From the NCBI GenBank assembly GCA_951406725.2, contig OX597837.1, forward strand, positions 41,726,001-41,790,000: DNA of 64,000 bases, written 5' to 3'. This DNA is from Octopus vulgaris. Its lineage: Eukaryota. Below, piece after piece: positions 12,834-24,525 of the stretch; position 1 is the stretch's first letter, and each line of letters begins with the position of its first letter. The notes below the pieces were generated by a model. The model was not told the DNA's origin. It saw nothing but the letters and a program-made list of their open reading frames with translations, and searched no databases. The position numbers and the translations under genes were made by a program.

Positions 12834-13120
12834 TTATTCAGTGTGTGATCCATAACCCCTAAGGATGGTAAGGGGTTCCCTTATGCACAGCTTACACTTA
12901 ATATTTCCTTTGAAATTTGGGGTTTTAGAGACAATGGACCATTCTAGATAATAATTCTTATTATTTTTCTTCAAATTATGTATATGGGATGCAAGTGTTG
13001 TTGAATTACAATATTTATCGTTAGAAAATGAGCTCATAAGCGATCTATATCTAGCCTTAAAAATCTACCGTACTACCTATATAAAATTTATTTAACTTAT
13101 CCTTGTCCATGACTACACAC
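12834..13120 (-). mobile_element. Penelope-like element, GIY-YIG endonuclease C-terminal fragment
   Basis: KFYIGSTVDF...STTLASHIHNLK...LEWSIV...CKLCIRE (ORFs 13057..13263 and 12834..13037). Confidence 0.8.
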
Positions 13121-13129
13121 AGGAACCAT

Positions 13130-14770
13130 CCAAGGGACATATAGCCACAACGGCTATCATTGTGTTTAGATACAGTGTATGTTTGGTCTTTGTTGCTAAG
13201 GTCAAATTTTGCCTTTGTTAGTAATTTTTTCAAGTTTTTAGGCTGTCTTTTACTAAGAACCATAGCTCAATCCGTGATTATATCTTTTAATTCATTACTT
13301 TGAGCAATGATTGGTAGGTTTGCTTCAGCAATGTTGAAGATATTCTGGTGACATGGGTTGTGTGTCACTATGAATGGTATGACTTGTTCTTGTTTTCCTC
13401 TTCCTTGGGTTGTCCTAAGTTGTTGTATGGGTATTTTTATAGCCCACTGTATGCCATTTTCTATAAGTAGAGATGGGTATTTTTGTTTGAGCAAAAATTA
13501 TCTTAGCTCTGTTAGGCGTTTGTTCCTGATATTTGCATCTTCTACAATGGTACAAATTCTTCTGGTTAGGCAGTATGGGATGTTGCGTTTTGTATGTGGT
13601 GGATGGCACGACTTAAAATTCAGGTATTGATGTGTGTTTATAGTATATCTGTGGTGATGGTGGTGTCCTTTTTGATTACCATTATATCTAGGAATGGTAA
13701 TTTGGTACTACTCATCTCCTTTGTAAATTGGAGAGATGGGTGTAGGTTGTTCAGGAGGATATTGAACTCTTCCAGAGTATTTAGAGATTCTGTCCAGATT
13801 ATGAAGCAGTCGTCAAGGTATCTCTTCCATGCCTTTTCAATATACTTTCTAAATCCAGTGCCATAGTTTACCTCCACCTCTTGGTAGAGTTGTTGTTCTA
13901 AGTATCCCATTACAGAGTTGGTGTAAACGGGAGCAAACCTCGTTCCCATCGCTGTGCCTCTAATTTGGATACAATTCTTTCCATTGAAGAAGAATGTGTT
14001 GTTTTCTAGAATAAGTTTGACTGTGTCTAATATAAATGGCACTGTGAATCTGCTGGGAATCACTTCTCTGTTTTTCTAACCAGTATTTAATCGCCTTTAT
14101 TCCTAAATCGTGTGGAATATTGGTGTAGAGGCTTACCACATCAAAACTTAGTAAAACCGAATTTGTTTCTGTTGTTTTGGGAAGATGGGACAGGAAGTCA
14201 ATGTCATCCCTGATGAAACTTGGTATGTAAGTACATAGTGGTTTCAAAACAATGTCAATAAAATTGCTTAGACGGTGGGTAGGACATGCTGGAGCAGCTA
14301 TAATTGGTCTAAGTTTTGGGTCTTTTGGATGTAGTAATTTTATGTACTCACTTTCTTGTTCTTTTATTGCCTGTTGAATATCTTTTGATTTATGTATTTT
14401 TGGTAAGCCGTAGAAGTGTCTTTACCGTAATTTGTAGCATATTTGTCGAGAAATAATTGTTTCCGCTGCCAAAACTTTCTTGATCTGCTTTCTTCTTTTG
14501 AGATATCTCTGGTCCATAGTTCTCGCATTTTTTCTGCTATATTGCCGGTCGTTAGTTTGGATATTTCGTCTCTGATTTGATCATCGATAGCTTTGTATTT
14601 GGCTTTGTAGTGGGATTGTTTAGACAGGGTAATGGAGATGTCGGTCCTGAATTTTATCAAACTAAGATCCTATCAAAGTTTTGTTTCTTCCTCTGGTTCT
14701 CCTGCAATTTCAATTAATTAGGTACTTCCGAGGAAGTATGGGTGCCGCTAAAGATATCCATTTCGAATGT
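13130..14770 (-). pseudogene. Penelope-like element family A (Neptune-like): N-terminal domain fused to RT/thumb, frameshifted
   Basis: SFDVVSLYTNIPH, GTAMGTRFAP, WKRYLDD and LPFLDI motifs across ORFs 13960..14247, 13638..14063 and 13267..13494. The N-terminal piece 14364..14770 is homologous to 20664..21029. Confidence 0.88.
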
Positions 14771-14774
14771 ATTT

Positions 14775-14876
14775 CAGAACGCTCACGTGTACACCGACAA
14801 CAGATTAGAGACCCAGAGGTCCGTCAGATACCTTTGAGTAACCACCTAGCAACATGTGGTCGGAAAATAATATCAA
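14775..14876 (+). mobile_element. Short inverted Penelope-like GIY-YIG fragment
   Basis: ERSRVHRQQIRDPEVRQIPLSNHLATC resembles NRMAVHKSQIRNPDYRKIPVSGHID in ORF 45679..47406, but on the opposite strand. Confidence 0.65.
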
Positions 14877-15845
14877 ACAGTCATGAGAAGCTGAAACGAA
14901 TCTTATCGCTTCGAGTAAATGAGCATCGTCCTGGGGGTCGGCAAGAGGTGGTCTGTAGACAGCTAACACGGGCAGGCAAAACCCGGATAGGCTTAGCTTG
15001 CAATAGACGGCATCAAATTTCGTTGTAGGTTGAGCATTAGTGGGTAGAATACCGCTGGATGGTTTGGGATCAGATTTAACATACACAGCAACACCCACCT
15101 TGCCTTTTTTCTCTGTCACATCTGAAGAGGGCATAGCCCTGTAGGTGGATTTCTGAGTCCTTTACTGCTGGAGTCAGCCAAGTCTCGGTGATAGCTATCA
15201 CATCAGGGGAGTCACGTATGGCCAGTGTAAATAGTTCACTGAGCTTTGGAAATAAGGAGCACGAGTTGGTATAGACGATGCTGAGCTGTGAAGTTTGAGT
15301 GGCGGGAATTGGGGAACAAGCAGACTAAGGGGTATCGGAGATAGCACCGTTGTCGGGGGTATCTACTTTACTTTGATTCGCCCGCAATTCACTTTCCCTG
15401 TCAGCACTACAGCATGTGACCAGAGGTAGGGCTTGATTATCTGTCCATCTTGGATTCGTAAACCCTTCTCTCCCATTTGTTTCCTCATCTTTAGCTCGGA
15501 TATCAGGTTCCTCCGGCGAATTCTCTCTTAGTGAGTATTCCTCGTGAAAACCCATATTGGGGTCCTCCCAGGCATGCGTCTGAGCTCTGTTCAGAAAGAC
15601 TGAAGCCTCCCGATCAGAAGAAAAGATTACCCTTATTGGGCGTGGTCTAGTATCTGCGGTTGGGTTCGCTTGGAATCTTCCTAGCCGAGCGACCTTAAGA
15701 ACACTGACATTTTCGTTCACAGAGAACAATTCTCCAACCAAAATGGAAACAAAATTAATGTCATCTTTTCGGCGGTTTATGCCTGTATCACAGGTGGATT
15801 CAGCTTTACCATAAATGATTGCTGATCTTGAAGGATTCGGTTCAT
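14877..15845 (-). pseudogene. CR1-type LINE fragment: ORF1 end plus AP endonuclease start
   Basis: ORF1-like ARLGR...RPRPIRVIF (15325..15741), then IVYTNSCSL...PDVIAITETWL...GYALFRCDR...VGVAVYVK...AVYRPP. Confidence 0.8.
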
Positions 15846-15849
15846 TTTT

Positions 15850-17645
15850 GAGTCTCCCTTGAGTAGCGCTGTACTTTGGAGTATGGTGTTGAAGGCCTCA
15901 TTGTTAAGTGGGTTGTGTGTAGAGATGTAGGGTAGGGATTTTAAGTTTTCTTCCTTTTTTGGTTTTGGTTGTCTTGGGTCTTCTATATTTAATTTAAGTG
16001 CTCATTGGATTGTATTGTCTATTAAGGGCTGTGGATAATTCCTATTTATGAGTGTAGTTCTGAGTTCCTGGATACGTGTGTTTCTGCCTGATACTATGGT
16101 GCAAATCCTTCTGGCTAAACAGAAAGAGATATTCATTCTTGGGTGGTATGAGTCAAGTGGTATGTAATGAGTTGAGTCTTTTGGCTTATAATATTTTATA
16201 ATAGTTTATAAATCTGTCAGTTTATAATAGATAACCGTCTCTATTTTGTTCCCAACTTTCTTAATGCGGATGTCTAGAAATGGTAGTCTTTTCTAGGTTA
16301 TGTTCTATTGTGAATTGAATGTTTCCATTAATTCCATTTAGTAGAATTTTAAATTCAAGTTTTTCTATACTCTCATCCCAGAGATTGAAACAGTCGTCGA
16401 GATATCTTTTCCAGTTGTTCTGGATATAGGTGGAGAAAGAGTTTCCATATTTCTTGAGTGTTTTCTGGTAAAGTATTATTTCAAGGTATCCCATTACTAG
16501 GTTGGCAAAAGAAGGCGCAGATGTCTAGAAATGGTAGTTTTTCTAGGTAGTACTCAATTTTTATAATCATTTGTGTTCATTAATATTACCGCATTGCCCT
16601 TATCTGCCTCCTTGATTGTTATGGTTTTAATTTCTTTTAGTTTGATGAGGTCGTTCCATTCTCTTTTGTTGAGGTTTGGTCTGTATTTTTGCTTATTTGT
16701 GAGTTAAAAAGAGAAATTGGTTATGTGGTCGCAAAAGCGGTCTAAGGCTTTATTCTTTTCCTTGGTAGAGGTGTAATCGCTGTTGTTTCTAGCTATTGAT
16801 TCGTCATCCATGTGCTTGCCATGAAATTCCTTGGCAAGTTTAAATTTGTTAGAAAATTCCTATGAATGTTGGGGCCTGGACAAGTGCCATTGCTTCCCTT
16901 AGTTGCAGGTCTGAATTGTGGATTTGGTTTTGCTCTTCTAAAAAAGATTGCTGTTCAGCTGCTGCCCTTCTCGCATCTGAATGAAGCTGACCATTTGTTG
17001 AGCCATGCAGTATCTTTTTTTAGACCACGCATTACATCCGCATATCGTCTTTCGGGAGTAGTCAGTGTGCCATTTTTCCTTCTATGGTATCGTTCCTTTT
17101 GTCCTCCTTCTGCGAGGGATTTTTGTCTCGTGCCCATGCGGTTTTGTTCTTGTACTGGTAAATTTGTTGGGTAGAGGTTTGCTTGTGGTGGATTGCTTAG
17201 TTTCGTTGGGTAATTAGGGCAGGGTGAGTATTATTTAGGTGCGGGCTATTTCGTCTAATTAAGCACATTTTTTTTCTCGCGTGTTCATCTCGTATTATAA
17301 ATTTACCAAATATTGGGTGGTTCGAAAATGTATTTCGCCTAATAAATATTTTATTACTAGAATTTAGGAATTTCTTAACAACTGGAGCGCCGGTTCAACT
17401 CCAACCAACGGAACAAGGGACACAATGTTTTTCTGTTTATTTACCTCCGTAGCATTATGTAGCTTTTGATGTGTTTAAGGAAAGGTTTCAGAAGTGTGTC
17501 TAAGAAGTTGCTGAGGCGGTGGGTTTCACATGCTGGGCCTGCTATTATCGGTCTAAGTTTAAGATCATTCAGTGAGGGGATTTTGAGCGCTGGTTCAACT
17601 CCAACCAACGAACAAGGGGCACGATGTTTTTCTGTTTATTTTCCT
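15850..17645 (-). pseudogene. Rearranged Penelope-like family A fragments
   Basis: NWKRYLDDCF (16261..16494). 15850-16500 and 17470-17585 closely resemble parts of 46200-47280. Confidence 0.8.
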
Positions 17646-17905
17646 CTGTAACACTACCCCCTCTTTAAGCTTCTAGTCGACCCGACAGAAGCACACTACA
17701 GTCGTATCTCCAAACGACCTTCTCAACAGGTGCTCCCAACTGCCGAAGGTGTGCTCCAGCTGAACCGGCCAGGCCCATGGTACCTCCACAGACGGTTCGC
17801 ATGTATAATTTTCGGGGAAGACCTCCTGCCTCCCTTAATCCTGTACTTCACATCGGACAGGTGATTCACCACCATGTAAGGCCCCTCCCAAGGACTCTGC
17901 AGCTT

Positions 17906-18011
17906 ATGCATTCTGGGGAGAAAGCATTCCAGAGCAAGGATTTCGGAAAGACATTTTCTGACTCTAGTATATTCAAAGAACACAAGGAAATGCATTCTGG
18001 AGAGAAAGCAT
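17906..18011 (+). pseudogene. Captured single C2H2 zinc-finger fragment (degenerate)
   Basis: MHSGEKAFQSKDFGKTFSDSSIFKEHKEMHSGEKA: two HxGEK linkers 28 codons apart with F and HxxxH retained and both Cys lost. Confidence 0.75.
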
Positions 18012-18246
18012 GGCAGCACAGGGGAACTCAACAGCACTTGCTTGAGTTTGTCAAAAGCACGCTGTTATGGCAGTCCACTCGAACCTTTGGCTCTTCCCCA
18101 GTAGTTTGTGCAACAGCACAGCCACTGCAGCAAAGTCCTTCACAAAGTGCCTATAGTAGGTGCACAGCCCGGGGAAACTCCCTCACACAAGCAGGGACTG
18201 GCCAATCCTTCACGGCGGCCACCTTCTCTGGGTCGGTACAGACACC

Positions 18247-18684
18247 TATTTCTTTATTACCCACTAGGGGCGACGAAGAGGGAACATTACAAGACATGGG
18301 GGATATAAAACAATATGATTAAAATTATGAGTAAAGGAATGTTAAAATGAAAAAAATGATATGAAAGCGATGCTAACGGCCCCCTCCGCCAGCATCACTT
18401 ACCTGTCCGTTTCCCATCACAATTCCAAACTTTTTTACCTCACCCTTCATTTCTCTTTCATACCTCTCTATCATATCATCCTTCATATACGCTGTCAAAC
18501 AATTTATACACAATTCATTACACTTGTTCGTCAATGAGTCCATAAGTTCAGAATCAAACACCGCGTAGCTACCGTCTTCATACTCTTGCCATACATCATC
18601 CTGAAAAATCCTTTTTGCGTCCTCGGTGTCCCCCTTCCTCACAACACATAAAAAGTAGGTCTGGGGCCTTTGTTTGTTCTGTGT
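18247..18684 (-). mobile_element. 438-bp insert with 15-bp target-site duplication and SINE-like 3' tail
   Basis: gtcggtacagacacc occurs at 18232-18246 and at 18685-18699. The insert carries an unrecognised ORF end (stop at 18373) and ends gtgggtaataaagaaata, like SINE family 1. Confidence 0.75.
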
Positions 18685-19431
18685 GTCGGTACAGACACCG
18701 TCTTCGCCTACAATGTCCCAAGTATCTACTTCTTTCTGGAACAGACTGCACTTCTTTGGATTCAACTTGAGGTTTGCAGTTCGAAACCTCTCGAATACCC
18801 CTGATAACCTCTCCAGCTCTTGATCAAATGTTCAGCCAAACACTATGATGTCATCAAGATAGATGAGGGCGGCCTGCCAGTGTAGGCCCTCCAGGACTCG
18901 GTCCATCAGACGCTCGAAAGTCGCAGGGGCATTACACAAGCCGAACGGCATCACGCTGAACTGCCACAAACCCCGTCCGTACGAAAATGCGGTCTTCTCC
19001 CTATATTTCTCGGCAACCTTGATTTGATGGTACCCGGCCTTCATGTCCAAGGTAGAGAACCACCAAGCCCCCGCTAAAGTATCAAGCGTGTCGTCGATCC
19101 TCGGCAAAGGATGCGCATCCTTGACCGTCACTTCATTGAGCGCTCGGTAGTCCATGCAGCATCTCGCCGTGCCGTCTTTCTTCCGCACTAAAACAATGGC
19201 TGACGACCAGGGGCTGTTCGATCTTTCCACTATTCCCTGTTGTTGATATTCCTCCATCACTTCTTCCATTTCCTGTCGCTGAACTGGGGCCATCCTCCGC
19301 GCTGGCTGCTTGATTGGGCGATGGCCACCCATGTCGATATGGTGCTCCACCAGGTTCGTGCAACCGAGGTCTCGATCCCCCGCAGAGAACACGTCAGCAT
19401 ACTTCACTAGTGGCTTCCTCAACCTCAACAC

Positions 19432-20670
19432 CTGAGCACCATCTCAGCACTGGCGACTCTGTGCGAACAGATCTTGTAAATGCACAGGCAGACCGCAACC
19501 GACTCTGCAGGCAGCCTTGAAAAAAATATTTTACGTAAGAGCGGCGCGTCTGCTGCGTTGCTGCTTAGCTCCCTTAGATGGCGCAGAAACTGGGATGGAG
19601 TTCTGTCCCCTAACTGCTCGTCGGCCATCAGCTCATTAAACTGACTTTCTTCTGAGCGCGTATTGCGACGCCTTTATTTCCGCCTTTACTGACGCATATG
19701 TGGCGTCAGGATGGGGACTCACAATGGGATCCCTGACCGATGTTGCGAGCCGGGAGGGCAAACTTGAATACAGTAGATGTAACTGCTGTTGTGGAGGAAT
19801 GGTATACGCGGCAAAGTGTGATTCCACCTGTGCAAACCACAGCCCCGCATCCCCCGTGAATGAAGGCAAACCTGAAGCCATGCCTTTGTCGGAAGGAATC
19901 TGTGAGAAGGGGGCAGAGAGTATGGTCGAGAAATGGAGAGAGAACACGTGGAACCGACAAAGCAAATCAAAATTGCGTTTTGTGTGTGCACCTCGTGGGT
20001 AGCAAAAAAAAATAAGTGTGTGTACAAGGAAAACAAAATACAGAAAAGGAAAAATGAATGTGTGTTTTCTTTTTTTTCTGTTTTTTTTTTTTTGTTTTGT
20101 TTTGTGTACTGAGTGCGATGAATAATGTTATTTGACCCACCTCGCCGTGCTGAAAAAAAAAAAAAAAAAATGAAAATAAATATGAATTTTCCGCGCTCTC
20201 CGGCAAAAAAACCCTGTTCGCTGTGTCTTCTATCCTGTTCTTTTTTTTTTTTTTTTTCACGTCGGGGTCACCAATTGTAACGTGAAAGGATCTATTATCG
20301 AAGCACTGGAAGGGTGTCGAGATCCTTTCTAGTCACATATAAAATTCTTCCAGAAAACAATACAGACGAACTCGGGTTAAAAGGGTGAACAGACAGTAGT
20401 TTGGTTTATTGATTTCAGTGTAGTACGTTGTCTGGTGGGGGAAAGACAGCCTCTGATATACTGCTTCGTGTTGGTCGTTGAAGTTGGTTGCTGGCCGTGT
20501 GGCGGTCAGAGCCGAGAATTCGTGACCGATCGCAATGCTGTCTTAGCCGAAGAGAGAGATTTGAGGTTCGCGGGCTCGAGGGACGTTTTCCCGCACATGC
20601 GCATGGGGAAGACTTCCGGTGGCCACCCGGAAGTAGTCCCATTCTGCGCATGCGCGCCGAACCCTACACA
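19432..20670 (-). mobile_element. Ty3/Gypsy 5' end: LTR, tRNA-Trp PBS, gag fragment
   Basis: LTR about 20276-20670 (TGTGTAG...GTTACA on minus, internal AATAAA); gag LPSFTGDAGLWFAQVESHF...LGDRTPSQFLRHLREL. Confidence 0.85.
20257..20273 (-). promoter_or_regulatory. Primer-binding site complementary to tRNA-Trp
   Basis: Minus strand TGGTGACCCCGACGTGA, 2 nt after the LTR end. The plus strand equals the metazoan tRNA-Trp 3' end TCACGTCGGGGTCACCA. Confidence 0.85.
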
Positions 20671-21230
20671 GTAGCATCACTACACTTTTTTTCCCAGCAT
20701 AGGAGAGAATTTCTCTCTTCTTTTTCACAAGTATCCTTCCAATGATCTAATGTATTTTCGAGGGGTTGTCCCTCGGTATGTTTTAGTATTTCATTGTGCA
20801 TCTCCTCGTCGATGCTTTTATATTTTTCCTCATTTGTGGAGGCCCTAAGTCTTAGTAATTCTATCTCTGATTTTAGATTGAATAGAGCTGACCTTTCCCT
20901 AATAGTTCTCTGTCCGTCAGGTTCGTTGGGTATTACTTTGATCTGGAATTTGCGTGGGAGGATAATTGGTGTTGGGTTCATATCCATCCCTCGTATATAT
21001 CTGCTTTGTTGGAATACAAACCTGCACAATAGAAAAAATCGCTTTCTGGAACATGATAAAAAAATTCCAAATGTTTTCTGTCTCTCTTTTTGTTAGATGG
21101 ATTTGTGTACATATGATGTCCTGGTGTGTTTCGTTTGGTGTGCGCTGGTTGCTGTTCGGCTTGTTTGTGAATGCCGACTTTAGTGTAGGGCACGGAGTGT
21201 TCAAATCGTTACTGATTCGTTCTTGTTTTA
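20671..21230 (-). pseudogene. Probable Penelope-like family A N-terminal domain fragment
   Basis: PIILPRKF...EP...KYKSIDEEM...W...EE.S...W.KK aligns by eye with the 14364-14770 segment, which abuts family A RT. Confidence 0.55.
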
Positions 21231-21929
21231 AGATGAAATCGTTGAAGGTGATTACCTACATCGTCGGGGAACCCATTCACGAACGCCAGCCGGGCTGCTC
21301 TCTCCAGCCCTTCTCCCGCAAACCCAGCCAGAGTCGCTAACCTTCTAACCTCTGCTGCATAGTCATCCACTTGTCCTCCTGTCCATCTGATCGCACCTAG
21401 CTTAGCAAAAGCTGTGTATTCACATTCTGTGTAGGCATCCCGCAAGCGTCGCTCTAAGTTCTCCTCACTGAGCCGTTCCTCTTTGTCCATCTCAAGGTAT
21501 AGCGTTAAGGCGCTCCCTTCTAAATACAGCGCCATGAGACTTGCCACATCGCTTATACCTTGCAGTCTTGCCACCAGCCTGATTTTGCGAATCCAGGCCA
21601 CTACATCGCCTTCACCATTAAAGGTGGTTGTTGTTCATTGTTGGGTTTGTCAACCCGAAATTTCAAGTGGTCGTAGTCTTTTGGCGGCAGAGGTACTTTG
21701 TGGCTTTTTACATATACAATGTGTGCATTTACTTTAGTTAAATTAACTAAAAACCACAAAATGTACCTCCACCATTTCATCCCAGGTCTACCAACTGGGT
21801 AATATGCCCGATATTGGTCGGATTTGTCTACCCCACCCATATATTTGTTGTAACAAATATTCACGAGGGGTTTCCCCTCAGCACCAACACCAAGTTGTTC
21901 GTTAGAAGACAGAAATAAAATCTGAGGGC

Positions 21930-22495
21930 TGAGCCTTGGTGTACACCTACTTCTACCCGGAATTCTTCTATATTCGTTGCCAATCCTAACCTTGCTGACG
22001 GCCTCTCTGTATAGGGCCTGTACAGCCATTCGTCAATCTCCAGTTTCCGCATCGACCACCAAGATTGAAGGCTTTCTCCAAGTCCACAAAAGCTATGTAG
22101 AGGAGTTTATCTTTAGCTAGGTACATCTCCTGCAGTTGTGAGACCAGGAATATAGCATCAGTGGTGCTTCTACCTGGCACAAAACCAAACTGCATCTCAT
22201 CTAAGCAAATTCTCTCCCTAATGAGATGGATTATGACCCTCTCTGTGACCTTCATCACCTGATCCAACAGTTTAATACCCCTGTAGTTATTTCTATCTAG
22301 AGCATCACCCTTACCCTTGTAGCAGTTGACTATGGTGCTGCTACGCCAGTCATTGGGTATGACTCTATTATGAACTACCTGGTTTACAATGCGGGTGACT
22401 AGGCTATAACCCACATAGCCAGCTGTTTTAAGCATCTCAGCAGTGATTCCTGATGGGGGGGGGCTTTACCTGGTTTCATACCCTTAATTGCCTTA
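21930..22495 (-). pseudogene. RTE-clade LINE RT fragment (second copy at about 24525-25113)
   Basis: IPNDWRSS...YKGKGDALDRNNYRGIKLL...QFGFVPGRSTTDAIF...AFVDLEKAF...VGVHQGSAL. Confidence 0.88.
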
Positions 22496-22559
22496 AAAGC
22501 CACTGAAGAAGAAAAAAACGGTCGAAATAGAGGTGTCGGTGCTGATGGTGGAAAGGTTG

Positions 22560-23370
22560 TGTAAGGGACCATACATCATCATGTCCCAATCCATGCGGTC
22601 TTTTCCCATTATACTTCTTACCTGTGTTAACATCGAAGTTTACACAGTATCCCATCTCCGATTCACAAACTTCCCATAACCTTGATACCCCATTTAGTAG
22701 GTTTGGCAGGCATGTACTGCCGAAAATGTACTCTGCCCTTAAATCCTATCATGGCTTCATCTACACTGAGATTTTTTTTTCCAGGTAAATAAAGTTTTAT
22801 AATTATGTACAAGTAAATCAATCACAGGACGTACTTTGTACAGGGGATCGTAGTTTGGGTCGTTTTTGTTGGGGGCATTGGAAGAATCAGTCAAATGTAA
22901 ATACTGAGATGTTTTCGAATACCTCGTCTTCGACATGATGCTCGAAATATATGGATCTCCAATAGTTCCACAGTCAAGGACGCTGTTTAACTCCAAACAT
23001 AATGTTGATCGTAAAAAATGCTCTCATTTCCGCAGTATTAGTTGGCTGCCATAGCGGATCGTTTCTTCCTCAAACAGAAATTAAATGTTGCACATAATTT
23101 ATTCGTTTCCTCCGCAACATTTTCAAAATAACTTTCAGGCAAAAATAAAAACAGATAGTCCAGTGGTTAAGCATCAGGAGATAAATTATGTTGTGGACCA
23201 GTGTTTTCTGTAAAATCAGAAATTGTGACTGGTGTCGTAATTTTCGACCATGTTGCCTTACTTACAATAACGTTTTCTTCACTTTCGTTATCGAATTCTT
23301 CTTCGTCCGACGAGTAATCACTGATATCAATATCAGATTCATCCGAAGTCAAAATACTTTTGTTTCCGTT
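22560..23370 (-). pseudogene. piggyBac transposase family 1, N-terminal half (second copy at about 25180-26000)
   Basis: Acidic N-terminus, EMRAFF, DPLYKVRPVID, LSVDEAMIGFKGRVHFRQYMPAK. Confidence 0.88.
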
Positions 23371-23999
23371 GATATTGTGGTGTGTGCGCGATTCGAATAT
23401 AAAGGCACCTACCTTCTCTTCCTCGTGATGGAGACCCTCTTAAAGATCACAATCTCGCCGTTCCATGTCGTAGTCCACCATCCAACCAAGAGAGCACCTT
23501 GCGCGTCGAGATCTTCTCAAGCTGGGCACCTCGTTCTCCCCCCTCTCCAGAATCGTCGTCCGTCGAAGCGACAATCCTGCGAAGGTCCAAGACGTGTTGT
23601 GGCATTCCATCTACGGATACGTTGTTTCTGGAATTGACCGCCGTCACCGTTCCTCAGCTCCATTGAGACGTACAGCTTTGGTGGCTTGGCTCAACCTTCC
23701 TCCCCTATTTTCATGCAAACGGGCCCCGGCTGCATACAGTCCCGCGTCATGTGCGGTCCCTGGCATCTAAAACACCGTCCTGAGAACGGCTGCTCTCGTT
23801 GCATGGTAAGCTTCTGTACGTCTTTCTCCGGTCGTTGTCCCTCTTTACGCGCCTCTGTCACCGCCATCGTTATCGCCTTCCGCCCAGAGTGTCGCGTCAA
23901 CACGCGGGCCTGAGCCACAAGTTCGCTCAGTGCCATCTTTTTAATCCCGGGCAGTCGTTGTAGGTGAATCCCTACATCGTCAGGGAACCCATTCACAAA

Positions 24000-24525
24000 T
24001 GCCAGCCGGGCTGCTCTCTTTACGCAAGGGCACTTGCCAAAACGAACACATATATGAGGTCTTGATCTGGCACCCTTTTGCAGTTTTTCTTTTTTGCTGC
24101 GAACACAGTCTGCAAACTTTTTCCCGTCCGTTTATTTTTTCCGACTTGATGAAAGTCAATATTTTCTCTGTTGACATCCACCTCAATTAATTTTGCTTTT
24201 CTCCCAGTTCTGTCCTTTCTGGAAGAAAAGCCCTCACGTAACTGAGATGCAATGTCAACCCAAAATTTGAAGTGGTCGTAGTCTTTCGGTGGCGGAGGTA
24301 CTTTGTGGCTTTTTACGTAAACAATGTGTGCATTTACTATAGTTAAATTAACTAAAAACCACAAAATGTACCTCCACCATTTCTTCCCAGGTCGACCAAC
24401 TGGGTAATATGCCCGATATTGGTCGGATTTATCTACCCCACCCATATATTTGTTGTAACAAATATTCACGAGGGGTTTCCCTTCAGCACCAACACCAGGT
24501 TGTTCGTTAGAAGACAGAAATAGAA
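24000..24525 (-). pseudogene. piggyBac transposase family 1, C-terminal part with Cys-rich domain
   Basis: YNKYMGGVDKSDQ...KKWWRYILWFL...CRLC...TSYMCSF.QVPL. Partial copies at 21650-21930 and 27853-28055. Confidence 0.9.

Larger units (their letters stand above)
17647..19431 (-). pseudogene. Ty3/Gypsy pol fragments (RT, connection, integrase C-terminus, PPT)
   Basis: RT SPWSSAIVLVRKKDG...DYRALN...MPFGLCNAPATF...YLDD (18832..19431); TDPEKVAAVKDWPVP at about 18030-18240; GPY-type KLQSPWEGPY at about 17760-17900; polypurine tract agagggggtag followed by TGTTACA at 17647-17664. RNase H and the integrase core are missing. Confidence 0.9.

Noticed and set aside
20257-20273. tRNA-Trp gene
   Set aside because: Only the 17-nt 3' end including CCA is present, next to an LTR, so it is a primer-binding site.
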